A DNA stretch of 63,856 nt, filler included, from Octopus bimaculoides (GCF_001194135.2; 8 parts of 8 records of this genome joined end to end with filler, not necessarily neighbours in it); one strand, 5' to 3'; positions 26,172-37,872 are shown, numbered from the whole stretch's first letter. Notes: generated by a model from the sequence alone, not told the origin. Made by a program: numbers and translations.

Positions 26172-27465
26172 GATCCACAATGAGAAGCAGTATCCGAGGA
26201 GAGGCCGAGTGAATGTGGAGAAGAGAAGGATGATGGTTTCATGATCCCTAGATTGAAAAGTTCTGAGGATCCATGAGCATATTCTGCGGGCAACATCGAC
26301 TTCTTTCTTGATGTGCACACTCCAGCTAAGGTTGCAGTCGACAGTTACACCTAAGTCTCTGATATTATCTGACGGTTCAAGTAGGTCTCCCGACGGCAGT
26401 GTATATGTTTGTTTGAGTGTGTCCTCTCTTCCAAAGTGGATGAGCTCAAATTTTTCTTCGTTCAACTGCATATTGTTCTTTTGTGCCTACTGGGTTCCTG
26501 CGCATAGGTCTGATTGGAGTTTAGAGTCATCTTCAAATATTTTTATGGTTCTATGTTCAATGGAATCTGCAATGTCATTGATGTAGACAATAAAAAGAAA
26601 TGGACCCAGCACAGTACCCTGCGGGATTCCACTGATGACTTTTGCTGGTCTTGAGTGGATGCCATCAACCACGACATGCTGGGTCCTGTTTGTTAGGAAA
26701 TACCAAATACATTGAAGTAGCTTTCCACCGACTCCAGCGTTGGATATTTTCCTTAACAGTATATTGTGGTCGACTCTGTCAAAGGCCTTACTAAAATCAA
26801 GGTATATGACATCCGCGTTGGAGCCCTCACTTAGTGCATTTAAGATGTCATCAAAGTGGTGAAGGAGCTGTGTTAGACAGTCTCTCCCACCACGAAAGCC
26901 ATGCTGGATGCAATTTAAATGATTTTGTTCTAGGAAGGCTGTTATTCTTGATCTCAACACTCTCTCAAATACTTTGATGATAAGTGAGGTGAGATTGGAC
27001 GGTTGTTTACAGGGAGCGATTTATTTCCCTTTTTAAAGATAGGAACGATTGACTGGGAGAAAAGGTTTTGAGGGATAAAACTGGCGTCCAATGATTTCCT
27101 CCAGAGATTTGCGAGAGGAGCTGCAAGTTGCTGTCTGCATTCCTTCAGCACTCTAGCAGGGAACCTGTCCGGACCCACTGCTGAATCAGGTTTGATTTCT
27201 TTTATTGCTGTTAGGATATCAGTGGCGTCGAAGGTTATGTTGGAAAGGCCATGTTGAGGATTCAAAGAAGCAAAGCTGTTTGAGTCAACTGAATCAGGGT
27301 CACTGAAGACAGAGCAGTATTGACTTTGCAGAATCTCAGCCATGTCTTTGGCATCACTGTGAAGGATGCCGTCTCCGTCAACCAGTGGACCGATAGAGGA
27401 AACTGTGGTCCTATGTGGTTTTACAAAGGAGTAAAAGACCTTAGGATTAGGTTGCTTTCGTTTAG
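26172..27465 (-). mobile_element. CR1/L2-like (Jockey group) LINE ORF2, 5'-truncated, RT domain with frameshifts
   Basis: NPKVFYSFVK, AVGPDRFPARVLKEC, IVPIFKKG, RPIS, QHGFRGGRDCLTQLL, YLDFSKAFDRVDH, SGIPQGTVLGPFLFIVYIND, FEDDSKL, MQLNEEKFELIHFG, RDLGVTVDCNLSW. Runs into an N gap. Confidence 0.92.
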
Positions 27466-27517
27466 TAGAATCGGCGAATATTAAGTGGAGTATTGTAAGA
27501 TGCTCCTTAACGAAGTG

Positions 27518-27718
27518 GTAGGATTTTGAAATATGCTTTAGTTTAGATTCCACTTGTTTTGCTGTGCGATTGTCAAAGAGTGGGACAATTTTAGAAGCAA
27601 CGTCACTGAGGCATGACGCTTGTGTGTTGGCTTTTTGTGAAAGGTCAAGCCAGCTGTTGAATAGAATAGCAATTTCATTTTCTGTCCAGTGAAGTTTCTT
27701 TTGGGCTACTTTGCTCAT
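27518..27718 (-). CDS. Myb/SANT-like (trihelix/MADF-type) DNA-binding domain, 5' part of ORF 26954-27718
   Basis: W-T-E-N-E-I-A-I-L...W...V-A-S-K-I...R-T-A-K-Q-V-E-S-K-L-K-H-I-S-K-S-Y fits W..E...L...W...(I/V)A......RT..QC..K...L...Y. ATG in good Kozak context (GTCACCATG). Pattern match by eye only. Confidence 0.6.
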
Positions 27719-27967
27719 GGTGACAGTAGTTGCTGTCTTTTCTTTCGTTCGTTTTGCTAGGCAATAATTTAGGTGGAGAAAAAATAATTTTGAAAGTGAA
27801 GGGTGTTTGAGTTTTGCGAAATTATGTGATAGTTTAAAATATATAATCTTGTGTATGTGACCGTTAGTTTTAAACAGAAATATTCAAGTGAAATGTGATG
27901 GTGATAGTAGTTGCTGTAAAGTGATTTTATTTTGTTTGTTATGTCTTTTCCTTGGCTCGTTTTGCTA

Positions 27968-28665
27968 GTCAATAATTGTTCCTCACGCCGGAACAAAAAG
28001 AAAAATTAACGAGTCTGGGATCTGTTAACAAGTGTATGGAAAACAAATATGAAAAAAAAAAAAATGCGTGCTAAGACCCTGGGAGGGGACTTTCGGAAAA
28101 TTCACAAGATCCGATTTTTCCGTCATAAATTCGGGTAAAATGGATATATATTGATTTTTTTTACGGAATCCCACACTTTTGGTTATAGAGNNNNNNNNNN
28201 NNNNNNNNNNNNNNNNNNNNNNNNNNNNNNNNNNNNNNNNNNNNNNNNNNNNNNNNNNNNNNNNNNNNNNNNNNNNNNNNNNNNNNNNNNNNNNNNNNNN
28301 NNNNNNNNNNNNNNNNNNNNNNNNNNNNNNNNNNNNNNNNNNNNNNNNNNNNNNNNNNNNNNNNNNNNNNNNNNNNNNNNNNNNNNNNNNNNCGATTTTT
28401 GAATTTTTTTTTTTTTCAGAATCAGATTCTCCTTAACCTAAAACGTAGGATTCCGTAAAAAAAAAAAATCGATATAAATCCATTTTACCCGAAGTTATGA
28501 CGGAAAAATCGGATCTTGTGAATTTTCCGAAAATTCCTCCCCACCCTCCAGGGTCGTTAGCACGCAATTTTTTTCATATTCGTTTTCCATACACTTGTTA
28601 ACACGCCCCCTCCCCCCGGCTGGTTAATTTTTTTTTTGTTCCCGGGTGAAGGTCTTTATATTGAC
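27968..28665. mobile_element. Foldback/long-TIR element: about 225-bp inverted arms around an N gap
   Basis: 27968-28190 is the reverse complement of about 28435-28665 (e.g. ttcacaagatccgatttttccgtcataa vs ttatgacggaaaaatcggatcttgtgaa). Confidence 0.8.
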
Positions 28666-29330
28666 CCAATAATTTAGGTGGTATTTTTTTTTTCTGTATG
28701 TGATGGAGAAAAAATGATTTCGAAAGTGAAGTGTCTTTGAATTTTGCGAAATTTTGTGATTAGTTTGATATGTATAATCGTGTATTTGTGGCCGTTAAAT
28801 TTAAGCAGAAGAGTTTTAAACAGAGATATACGAGTGAAAAGTCAAAAGTATGTGTGTAAATTCTGACTGCTCAGTGAATTTAATAAAATCACAGGATGGA
28901 TGTGTACGTGCGTATATATTTGATAAAATCACAGGAGAAATTTACACTGTACTCACGAGAAATTATTTGTTCTTCCATAGGTTATTGCAGGTACTATGGG
29001 ATCAAATTTAAACTTCTGTTGGTTTCATATCGCAGCTTTCGCAAGAATTAGGAATTAAAAGATTTTGATATGTTTGATTTGAGTTGGTTTCTGTTTCTGC
29101 AACTACTTACTAAGCAGAGCGATGAAAAGACACGTCTGGTTGCCACGGCTAACCGCAAAACAAACGCGAGATGTGTGCGACTGTGAAATATATTTTAATT
29201 TCATTATGTCAGAGATAAATTTTGATAAATCTGATAAGATCAATTTCTTGGATGCACTTTGACCACAGTCTATGGGTCGTTGTCATGTGTTCTGGTAGTG
29301 GATGTATCCAGCAAATCGAGATTGTAGGGC

Positions 29331-29594
29331 GTGATATGTTCAATACCGCGTATGCCTTCCCTGGGTGTTCAAAACGGCCATACACCATCGGTACATGGAG
29401 TGCATGAGGCGGTTCACAAAAGCTATTGGCACCCTGAGGAAAGCTGCCTCCAGTTCCACACGAATGGTCAGCCTTGTGACCACCTGGTTCAACCGTCTCT
29501 GGATTTCATCCCACACGTGTTCAATTGGGTTCAAATTTGGGCTGAGAGTCGGCCACGGCATGGTTCTGATGTTGTGCTGACACAGGGAGGCCAC
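29331..29594 (-). mobile_element. Tc1-family transposase C-terminal fragment
   Basis: WPTLSPNLNPIEHVWDEIQRRL matches the Tc1 WP..SPDLNPIE..W motif. Confidence 0.85.
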
Positions 29595-29695
29595 TTTAAG
29601 CTATTTCTGATGATTGTCAAAGTTAGTCGTCAATTTTTGGTATGTAATTCGGTTATCATGAGACTATTATATAGTATTTTTATTAATAATACATG

Positions 29696-29727
<32 letters not shown>

Positions 29728-30435
29728 TATACATGAATCAAGAGTGCGCCTATAACGCATCTCTGATAAAAATAGGTACCAAATCTACCGCAAACCTCAT
29801 TTTACATTTTTCGTTTATGTGTTTACATATATACAATCTTATACGACGACGACGACGACCACCACCACCACCACGACCACCACCACCTTCACAAACATCA
29901 ATACCAGGTTTATTTCTTTACACATTTTTTGCGTTCTTTTAAGTTTAAATTATTTATCGCTGAAGTTAATACTGTTGTTTTCGCTGTTTTGTTAGTTGTT
30001 TTTGTTGTTATATGTCATGGTAGTGGTCGTGGTTTTTGTGGTGGGTAGGCTTGCTGCTGATGTAACTGCTGTTATTCNNNNNNNNNNNNNNNNNNNNNNN
30101 NNNNNNNNNNNNNNNNNNNNNNNNNNNNNNNNNNNNNNNNNNNNNNNNNNNNNNNNNNNNNNNNNNNNNNNNNNNNNNNNNNNNNNNNNNNNNNNNNNNN
30201 NNNNNNNNNNNNNNNNNNNNNNNNNNNNNNNNNNNNNNNNNNNNNNNNNNNNNNNNNNNNNNNNNNNNNNNNNNNNNNNNNNNNNNNNNNNNNNNNNNNN
30301 NNNNNNNNNNNNNNNNNNNNNNNNNNNNNNNNNNNNNNNNNNNNNNNNNNNNNNNNNNNNNNNNNNNNNNNNNNNNNNNNNNNNNNNNNNNNNNNNNNNN
30401 NNNNNNNNNNNNNNNNNNNNNNNNNNNNNNNNNNN

Positions 30436-30498
<63 letters not shown>

Positions 30499-31181
30499 CC
30501 ATCCTCGTCGTCGTCGTTGTCGTCGTCGTCATAACCATCGCTAATTTGAACATCTCTGTCATCGATGCAACATCACATCATAACCTCTGCTACTAATGTC
30601 ACTAGTCTTATCCTTTGTTAACAAAAACGAAAGGAAGTAGATTTTGAGAGTGATGGACTGCCAGCTGTGCTATCGGGCAAAAACAGAAACTCTACGTAGT
30701 CTCTCGACCAGCTAGAAAGAACAACCAAATCTTCTCCGAATCATACCTTATCGCTTAAAAAAACCCCAAAAAACACGTAAAGGAAACATTTGGATATTGT
30801 AGTCCTACATATACAGGGTCTGTATATGTAGGATTACGTTATCTAAATTGATAACATAATTGGTCAGGAAGACGGGGGAATGTGTCCATAGCTTTCACGG
30901 ACCCTACGAAACCGATGTTGTTAATATTCTTTATGAACAATTTGTAAGTCGACAGCAGGTGGAAAATCATGTGAAGGTACGGAATTCTAAAGAGCCTGCA
31001 TTCTGACGAAGAAGGAATGGTCGATGGAGTTAGAGCGGGGCGTCAGAGTGAACAAAATATGGGTGATGAAAGAAGGAAAGATGAGTTGAGAGTGACTGAG
31101 CGGTTAGGCACGAAACTAGTAAGTGTTGTGGAGCAGAGACCATTGCTGTAGCGGTAGAAAAAGCAGAGTGAGGAAACATTT

Positions 31182-31225
<44 letters not shown>

Positions 31226-31325
31226 NNNNNNNNNNNNNNNNNNNNNNNNNNNNNNNNNNNNNNNNNNNNTTAATTAATTAANNNNNNNNNNNNNNNNNNN
31301 NNNNNNNNNNNNNNNNNNNNNNNNN
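31226..31325. other. Artificial 100-bp scaffold spacer (44 N + TTAATTAATTAA + 44 N); also at 37917, 43913, 55772, 58697, 60682, 62625
   Basis: Identical 12-mer (stops in all six frames) centred in N runs seven times. Confidence 0.9.
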
Positions 31326-31971
31326 TACACATACATAAAAACACACAGATACACATACACACATATATGAACTTGATGTGTTAGTTTGCAGGATTATCTG
31401 ACACGATTATATTTATGCGGCAAATGTCAGGAATTGTTAGAGGCTAATCTAATTAGCGGGTAACAACGGAGTGCGCATGCACAACTCGTTCCACACTTTC
31501 ACTATCGAACACACCTCTTCTTACCGTTCTCCAAATATTGCACCAATAGCTATTTTCTTTCTACCTATTATTAAAGAGGGTGGAAACCGTTTATAAACGG
31601 TTCCTGTCCACTGGATTTTGCTCTGCCCATTCTGCCCACCCCTGCCCATTCTGCCCACTCCTGCCCGCCGCCACCTTTTGTCTTCTTCCTCCGTTTAATT
31701 TTTTTTCTCTTCTATTGTTTTATTTACACGAACGACATATGTCTAATATTTATCTATTGATATGAAAAGTTTTCTTAAAGAATGAAATTAAATGCAGAAG
31801 GGGAAAATAAACATCGTTATAAATAAACCTTCATAATTTACTCTGTACTAACAGCATTGAGCTCTTCCGTTTAGTTTATGGGTTTACCTTTACATGGTGA
31901 ACCGATAGAAGCACAAAAAGAAACAAACAAACACAGACACACACATACACATTTGCAGATAGGAATATTTA

Positions 31972-32134
31972 TACATTATTTACATTATTTACATTATTTA
32001 CATTCGACAGATATTTGTCCTCCTCTTGTTTGTTGTTAACACAACATTTCAGCTGATATACTCTTTCAGCCTTCATCAGGTGTCTTGGGGAAATTTCGAA
32101 CCTAGGTTCTCGTTCCTAAGGTATTTTTCAATGT

Positions 32135-32136
<2 letters not shown>
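31972..32136 (-). mobile_element. Copy of hammerhead-bearing repeat (decayed, head missing), with (AAATAATGT)3 tail
   Basis: Reverse complement of 32385-32533 at about 85% identity by eye. Confidence 0.8.
32040..32082 (-). ncRNA. Decayed minimal type I hammerhead ribozyme motif
   Basis: CAC-CTGATGA-A-GGCTG-(11 nt)-CAGCT-GAAAT-GTT-GTG; two C>T changes relative to the intact copy at 32442. Confidence 0.55.
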
Positions 32137-32223
<87 letters not shown>

Positions 32224-32247
32224 TAATAATAATAATAATAATAATAA

Positions 32248-32290
<43 letters not shown>

Positions 32291-32310
32291 CATTATTATT
32301 ATTATTATTA

Positions 32311-32560
32311 TGGCGTAGTGGTTAAGAGCGCCAAGATTCCGAGTTCGATTCCAAGCAGTGACTGAACAACAACAACAACAACAATAACAACATCGAAAAA
32401 TCCCTTAGAAATGAGAACCCAGGTTCGAAATTTCCCCGATGCACCTGATGAAGGCTGGAGGATGTATCAGCCGAAACGTTGTGTTAACAACAAATAAGAT
32501 GAGGACAAATATCCGTCGAATGTAAATAATGTACATAATTCCTCATCTCATAAATATACA
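32311..32560 (+). mobile_element. tRNA-headed short element (A box, B box, (AAC)n) carrying a hammerhead motif
   Basis: A box TGGCGTAGTGG 32311-32321, B box GAGTTCGATTCC 32341-32352, then (AAC)n, a conserved body, and the hammerhead at 32442-32483. Confidence 0.7.
32442..32483 (+). ncRNA. Minimal type I hammerhead ribozyme (Penelope-like variant)
   Basis: CAC | CTGATGA | A | GGCTG-10 nt-CAGCC (5-bp stem II) | GAAAC | GTT | GTG. Stem I CAC/GTG; palindromic AACGTT at helix III. Confidence 0.75.
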
Positions 32561-32983
32561 ACTGTAGAAATATTTATGTGCCTATATATATATGTGTTGT
32601 ATAATATATATAGTTGGGAAAACTGGTAAGGGAAACTGTGAGGAAGCCCGTCGTAGGTACATGCATGCGTGTGTGTCTCTCTGTTTACCACTCCCCCACC
32701 CCCGCCGCTTGAGAATAGCGATTTGTCACAAAATTGGGCGACAGAATAAATATGGGACTTAAAAAATGAAATACAGAGATCTATTTTTTCGACTACACCT
32801 TGAAAGGCAGTAATTCAATCATTTGATTGCGGCCATGGTGGAGCATCACCTTGAAGGGTTTTAGTTGAACAAATCGAACCCGGGACATGGCCGGAAGATG
32901 AAATGATGAAGAGCCGGAACATGACCAAATGAATTATTTCACCTTATCTCGTAAATTTATAGATTTTTATGAGAATATACATT

Positions 32984-33048
<65 letters not shown>

Positions 33049-33077
33049 ATATATATATATATATATATATAACGACT

Positions 33078-33160
33078 ACCTCTGAAGAGCGCAGGGTTAA
33101 ATAATCGGAGTGTTACCTAACATTCCGTTGAACCCCTAATGCGAAACCAATTGGTAAGAT
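33078..33160 (+). ncRNA. Second hammerhead-like motif with long stem II and palindromic helix III
   Basis: CTGAAGA 33082-33088; GC...GC closing a long imperfect hairpin (GGGTT/AACCC, CGGAGTGTTA/TAACATTCCG); GAAAC-CAATTG-GTA; stem I ACCT/AGAT with one mismatch. Confidence 0.6.
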
Positions 33161-33578
33161 TGGTTGTACTGGATATATAATACTGTACACTTTGATTAAT
33201 ATATATATAAATATTAGAGTACATTATATTATATTATACTACGTTATATCATGTTATATTATAGTGTATAATATTATGTTCGTTGTGTTGATTCCATATC
33301 AATTAATAAAAAACAATTATTTGTTAAACATTGATTATTTAAATTCAATTTATCAAATGGACGTTTTAATAAATCGTCACAATTCAAATTCACAATTAAA
33401 ATGAAGTAATTGAATTGAATGAAAGATTTCGCTCAAGACAACAATCGAAAAGAGAATTTATAAGTTGATAGCTTGATAAATTCAATTACTCAAAATCGAA
33501 TTCAGATGTCATTAGGCTAACATAATAATAATAATGATGATGATGATGATGATGATGATGATAATAATAATAATAACC

Positions 33579-33617
<39 letters not shown>

Positions 33618-33619
33618 TA

Positions 33620-33977
33620 ATCTTTCTACAATAGGCACAAGGCCTGGATTTTCTAGGGAGAGGGGCCAGTCGATTAGATCGACTCCAGTACGTAACTGGT
33701 ACTTAATTATCAACCCCGGGGTCGATAAATTAAGTACCAGTTACACACTGGGGTCGATGTAATCGACTTAATTCCTTTGTCTGTCCTTGTTTGTCCCCTC
33801 TATGTTTGCCCCTTGTGGGCAATAAAGAAATAAGAAACGTTAGCACGCCGGGCGAAATACTTAGCGGTATTTCGTCTGTCTTTACGTTCTGAGTTCAAAT
33901 TCCGCCGAGGTCGACTTTGCCTTTCATGCTTTCGGGGTCGATAAATTAAGTACCAGTTGCGTACTGGAGTCGATCTA
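33620..33977. mobile_element. Cluster of family A SINE fragments in both orientations
   Basis: Minus fragment 33620-33715; plus fragments 33716-33775 and 33840-33977. Confidence 0.75.
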
Positions 33978-35414
33978 NNNNNNNNNNNNNNNNNNNNNNN
34001 NNNNNNNNNNNNNNNNNNNNNNNNNNNNNNNNNNNNNNNNNNNNNNNNNNNNNNNNNNNNNNNNNNNNNNNNNNNNNNNNNNNNNNNNNNNNNNNNNNNN
34101 NNNNNNNNNNNNNNNNNNNNNNNNNNNNNNNNNNNNNNNNNNNNNNNNNNNNNNNNNNNNNNNNNNNNNNNNNNNNNNNNNNNNNNNNNNNNNNNNNNNN
34201 NNNNNNNNNNNNNNNNNNNNNNNNNNNNNNNNNNNNNNNNNNNNNNNNNNNNNNNNNNNNNNNNNNNNNNNNNNNNNNNNNNNNNNNNNNNNNNNNNNNN
34301 NNNNNNNNNNNNNNNNNNNNNNNNNNNNNNNNNNNNNNNNNNNNNNNNNNNNNNNNNNNNNNNNNNNNNNNNNNNNNNNNNNNNNNNNNNNNNNNNNNNN
34401 NNNNNNNNNNNNNNNNNNNNNNNNNNNNNNNNNNNNNNNNNNNNNNNNNNNNNNNNNNNNNNNNNNNNNNNNNNNNNNNNNNNNNNNNNNNNNNNNNNNN
34501 NNNNNNNNNNNNNNNNNNNNNNNNNNNNNNNNNNNNNNNNNNNNNNNNNNNNNNNNNNNNNNNNNNNNNNNNNNNNNNNNNNNNNNNNNNNNNNNNNNNN
34601 NNNNNNNNNNNNNNNNNNNNNNNNNNNNNNNNNNNNNNNNNNNNNNNNNNNNNNNNNNNNNNNNNNNNNNNNNNNNNNNNNNNNNNNNNNNNNATAAATA
34701 TGTGTGTGTGCGTGCGTGCGTGTGTGCGTATGTGCAAGGTAAGCATCTCTGCAGATTATTGAATCATTTACAGACTAATTCGACGCGCAGGAAACAGGAA
34801 ATTCAGTTGAATGCTCAATGGAAATCACATGACCGGAAATTCCGGAGGGGAAGTATCTGTATGTATATATACACATACATACACACTTGCTTACATGTCC
34901 TTATAAAAATATCTATGTATGTATATAAATATATTTAATATATGTTGTGATTCATGCACGTATATATATATATATATATATATATGCGTGTTTTCTTGTG
35001 TGCTTTTACGAATTTCTTAGTGCATATGTGTGCGTTCAATATAGTGAGTTCAATTATCTTCAATTAATTGAGATTATCTTGGCAATTAAGAGACAAAAAA
35101 CTGGGGAAGTTTGTCTTCTAGGATAATCTGAGATAATTGAACCATTTCAACTCACTATATTGTATACGTAAGGCTCTACCACTATACACACGTATATACA
35201 TGCATACGTACGTACACACATACATATACACGTGAATACATACATACATACATACATACATACATAACTGTAACACCGGCTTCCTTCGTCTTCTCTCCTG
35301 ACAAAGGGAGCCGGTATTACATACATACATACATACATACACAGATGCATGCATCTGGAAATCTACATACACATCACGGAAATCTACATACACATCATCC
35401 AACATACTCAAACG

Positions 35415-35689
35415 AAGTGATTCCCAAAGTGGGCTCTTGTGCCCTGTTGGGGGCGGCGGAACGTTCCAAGAGGGCGTTGAAGAAAAGTGGAGCGATAATG
35501 GGGGAGCGATTCATGTAAAAACAACAAAATAATGGGTTCATTAGGTTAAGTTTTATTTGTGAAATGCAGTTGCTTTGAATTTGCTTCAGAAAGAAGTCTA
35601 TGTTTGTGATGGTTAGGTGGGGTGGGGATGCTAGGAATGTGGCCTGGGTGTCAAGAGGGCGGCAGCCCGAAAACGTTTCGGAACCACTG
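35415..35689. mobile_element. hAT-type MITE (275 bp)
   Basis: Ends aagtgattcccaaa / tttcggaaccactg (CAGTGGTTCCCAAA-type TIR); 8-bp TSD ctcaaacg (35407-35414) / ctctaacg (35690-35697). Confidence 0.8.
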
Positions 35690-35870
35690 CTCTAACGAAC
35701 ACAAAGCCACATATGCGCACTAACATGGTCTTCAGCTTTCGCACAGCTGCCCATCCCTTCTTCTCCCCAAACCCCTACACATAATATCCGTTCAGTCAAA
35801 CAGGTTCAGTAAAATTTTTAATCGGCCCATCTTAGGAATTTCTTTTAGATAGAAGTAGGTAGGCCCACAC

Positions 35871-35944
<74 letters not shown>

Positions 35945-36222
35945 CAGGATGGTCACGTGGCGGTAACACCACATGTGTCTTTAACGGTCTCTGCAACACG
36001 GAAACAATCGTATATGACGCGGAGGCGACATCAAAGTATCCAAATGTGTCGGTTGTCAAGCAGTGGGAGGACACAGACATAAAGACACACAAAACACTTA
36101 TACACACACACGCAACACACACACACACACATACACACGTACACACACTCACAGACATACGCACACATAGATATGTGCACGCATACGCACACTCACACAC
36201 ACAGATATGCGCACTGATACAC

Positions 36223-36262
<40 letters not shown>

Positions 36263-36272
36263 NNNNNNNNNN

Positions 36273-36316
<44 letters not shown>

Positions 36317-36834
36317 CACACAAACACAGTTTTTGCATACACACACACACATACACACATATATGTGTGCGTCTACGAAATCCACTCTCCAGTCTTTAGT
36401 CGGCTGAGGGCTATAGAACAAGATACTTAAGGTGCCGTACAGTTGGGGCTGAACCCAATGTTACATGGTTGAGAAGCAAGTTTCTTACACAGCCACGATT
36501 ATACTAGTATTATGTAACCTGCCTTTTTATATTTCACCCACTGACTTCCGCCCCCTTTGCTTATATTTCTTCCGATATCCTTCCACAACCGTAATAGAAC
36601 AAGCGGATCCCTTACTACTTTAAAGCCCTAGCTCTCTCCGATTACCAGAATCGAAACTAACAATCCTTAAAGGCAGTGGCTTTTAATCATTCTTGTTTTT
36701 CTTCATCTGTCGAGCCCTTTATTTCTATTTTATTCTGATGAACTCCTATAGCCATTCATTGTTTAAAACCTAGTTTTCTAGACGTTTCGTTTAAAATTCC
36801 TATTTTGCTTTTCACATATTCACTTGTGAAGTTC

Positions 36835-37270
36835 TACTATAGGCACAAGGCCTGAAATCTTAGGGGAGGGGACCAGTCGATTATGTCGACCCAGTGTTTC
36901 ACTGGTACTTAATTTATCGACCCCGAAAGGAGGAAAGGTAAAGTCGACTTCAGCAGAATTTGAACTCAGAACGTAGCGACAGGTGAAATACCGCTAAGCA
37001 TTTCGTCCGGTGTGCTAACAACGGTTGGGCCAGCTCGCCATCTTAAATATAATCTTTTCTACTCTAGGTATAAGGCTCGAAATTTTTAGGGAGGAGACCA
37101 GTCGATTAGATCGACCCCAGTGTTTCACTGGTACATAATTTATCGACCCCAGAAGGATAATATACAAAGTCGGCCTCGACGGTATTTGAACTCAGAACGT
37201 AGCGACAGGCGAAATACCGCTATGCATTTCGTCCGGCGTGCTAACGATCCTGCCAGTTCGCCGCCTTCAA
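36835..37270 (-). mobile_element. Tandem pair of full-length family A SINEs
   Basis: 36835-37047 and 37055-37270, both with B box (tttgaactc on plus) and A box. Confidence 0.85.
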
Positions 37271-37829
37271 ATATTAGTGTAATGATTAATAAATATCATA
37301 GGATTATAATATGACAGCTTTATGGAATTATCATTATTTTTAATTATCAAAGGTATTAGTTAAAGTAGCATGAATAGATGAACAATAAATGTATTCTTAA
37401 AATTAGGAAAACCTATTACGGGTACTCAATTATGGTTATTCGTTACCATAACCCGGTAAATATATGCTGTTGGCTTTGTCTTATTTTGTCTCATTTCTTT
37501 CTGTTACGATAATCGTTCGGTTTAGGTTCTTTTGTTAATGTATTTACTTTGCTTGTTTTATTTTTCTTGTTCTTTTTTTCTCGTTTTGTTTGTTTCAGTC
37601 ATTAGACTACGGCCATGCTGTGGCACCGCCTTCAAGAATTTTTAGTAGAATGTATCAACCCCAGCATTTATTTATTTATTTATTTATTTATTTTTGTAAG
37701 TCCTGGTACTTTTCTATCGGTCACTTTTGCCGAACCGCTATGTTAAGGGGACGTAAATACAGCAACAAGCGGTGAAGGGGGAACAAACACAGACATACAA
37801 AGACAAACACACAGCAATAAATAAACAAC

Positions 37830-37872
<43 letters not shown>

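Noticed and set aside
25366-26244. ORFs of 200-350 aa spanning N runs (also 14452-15278, 33946-34746, 59156-60145)
   Set aside because: Length comes from X residues in gaps; only the 26172-26471 portion is real (LINE RT).
31270-31281. TTAATTAATTAA recurring seven times between N runs, resembling a conserved motif or TTAA target site
   Set aside because: Centred in N runs as a 44 N + 12 + 44 N = 100 bp block; an artificial all-frame-stop scaffold spacer, not biology.
32311-32360. tRNA gene
   Set aside because: A and B boxes are present, but the anticodon arm and acceptor stem are missing; it is a SINE-type head.
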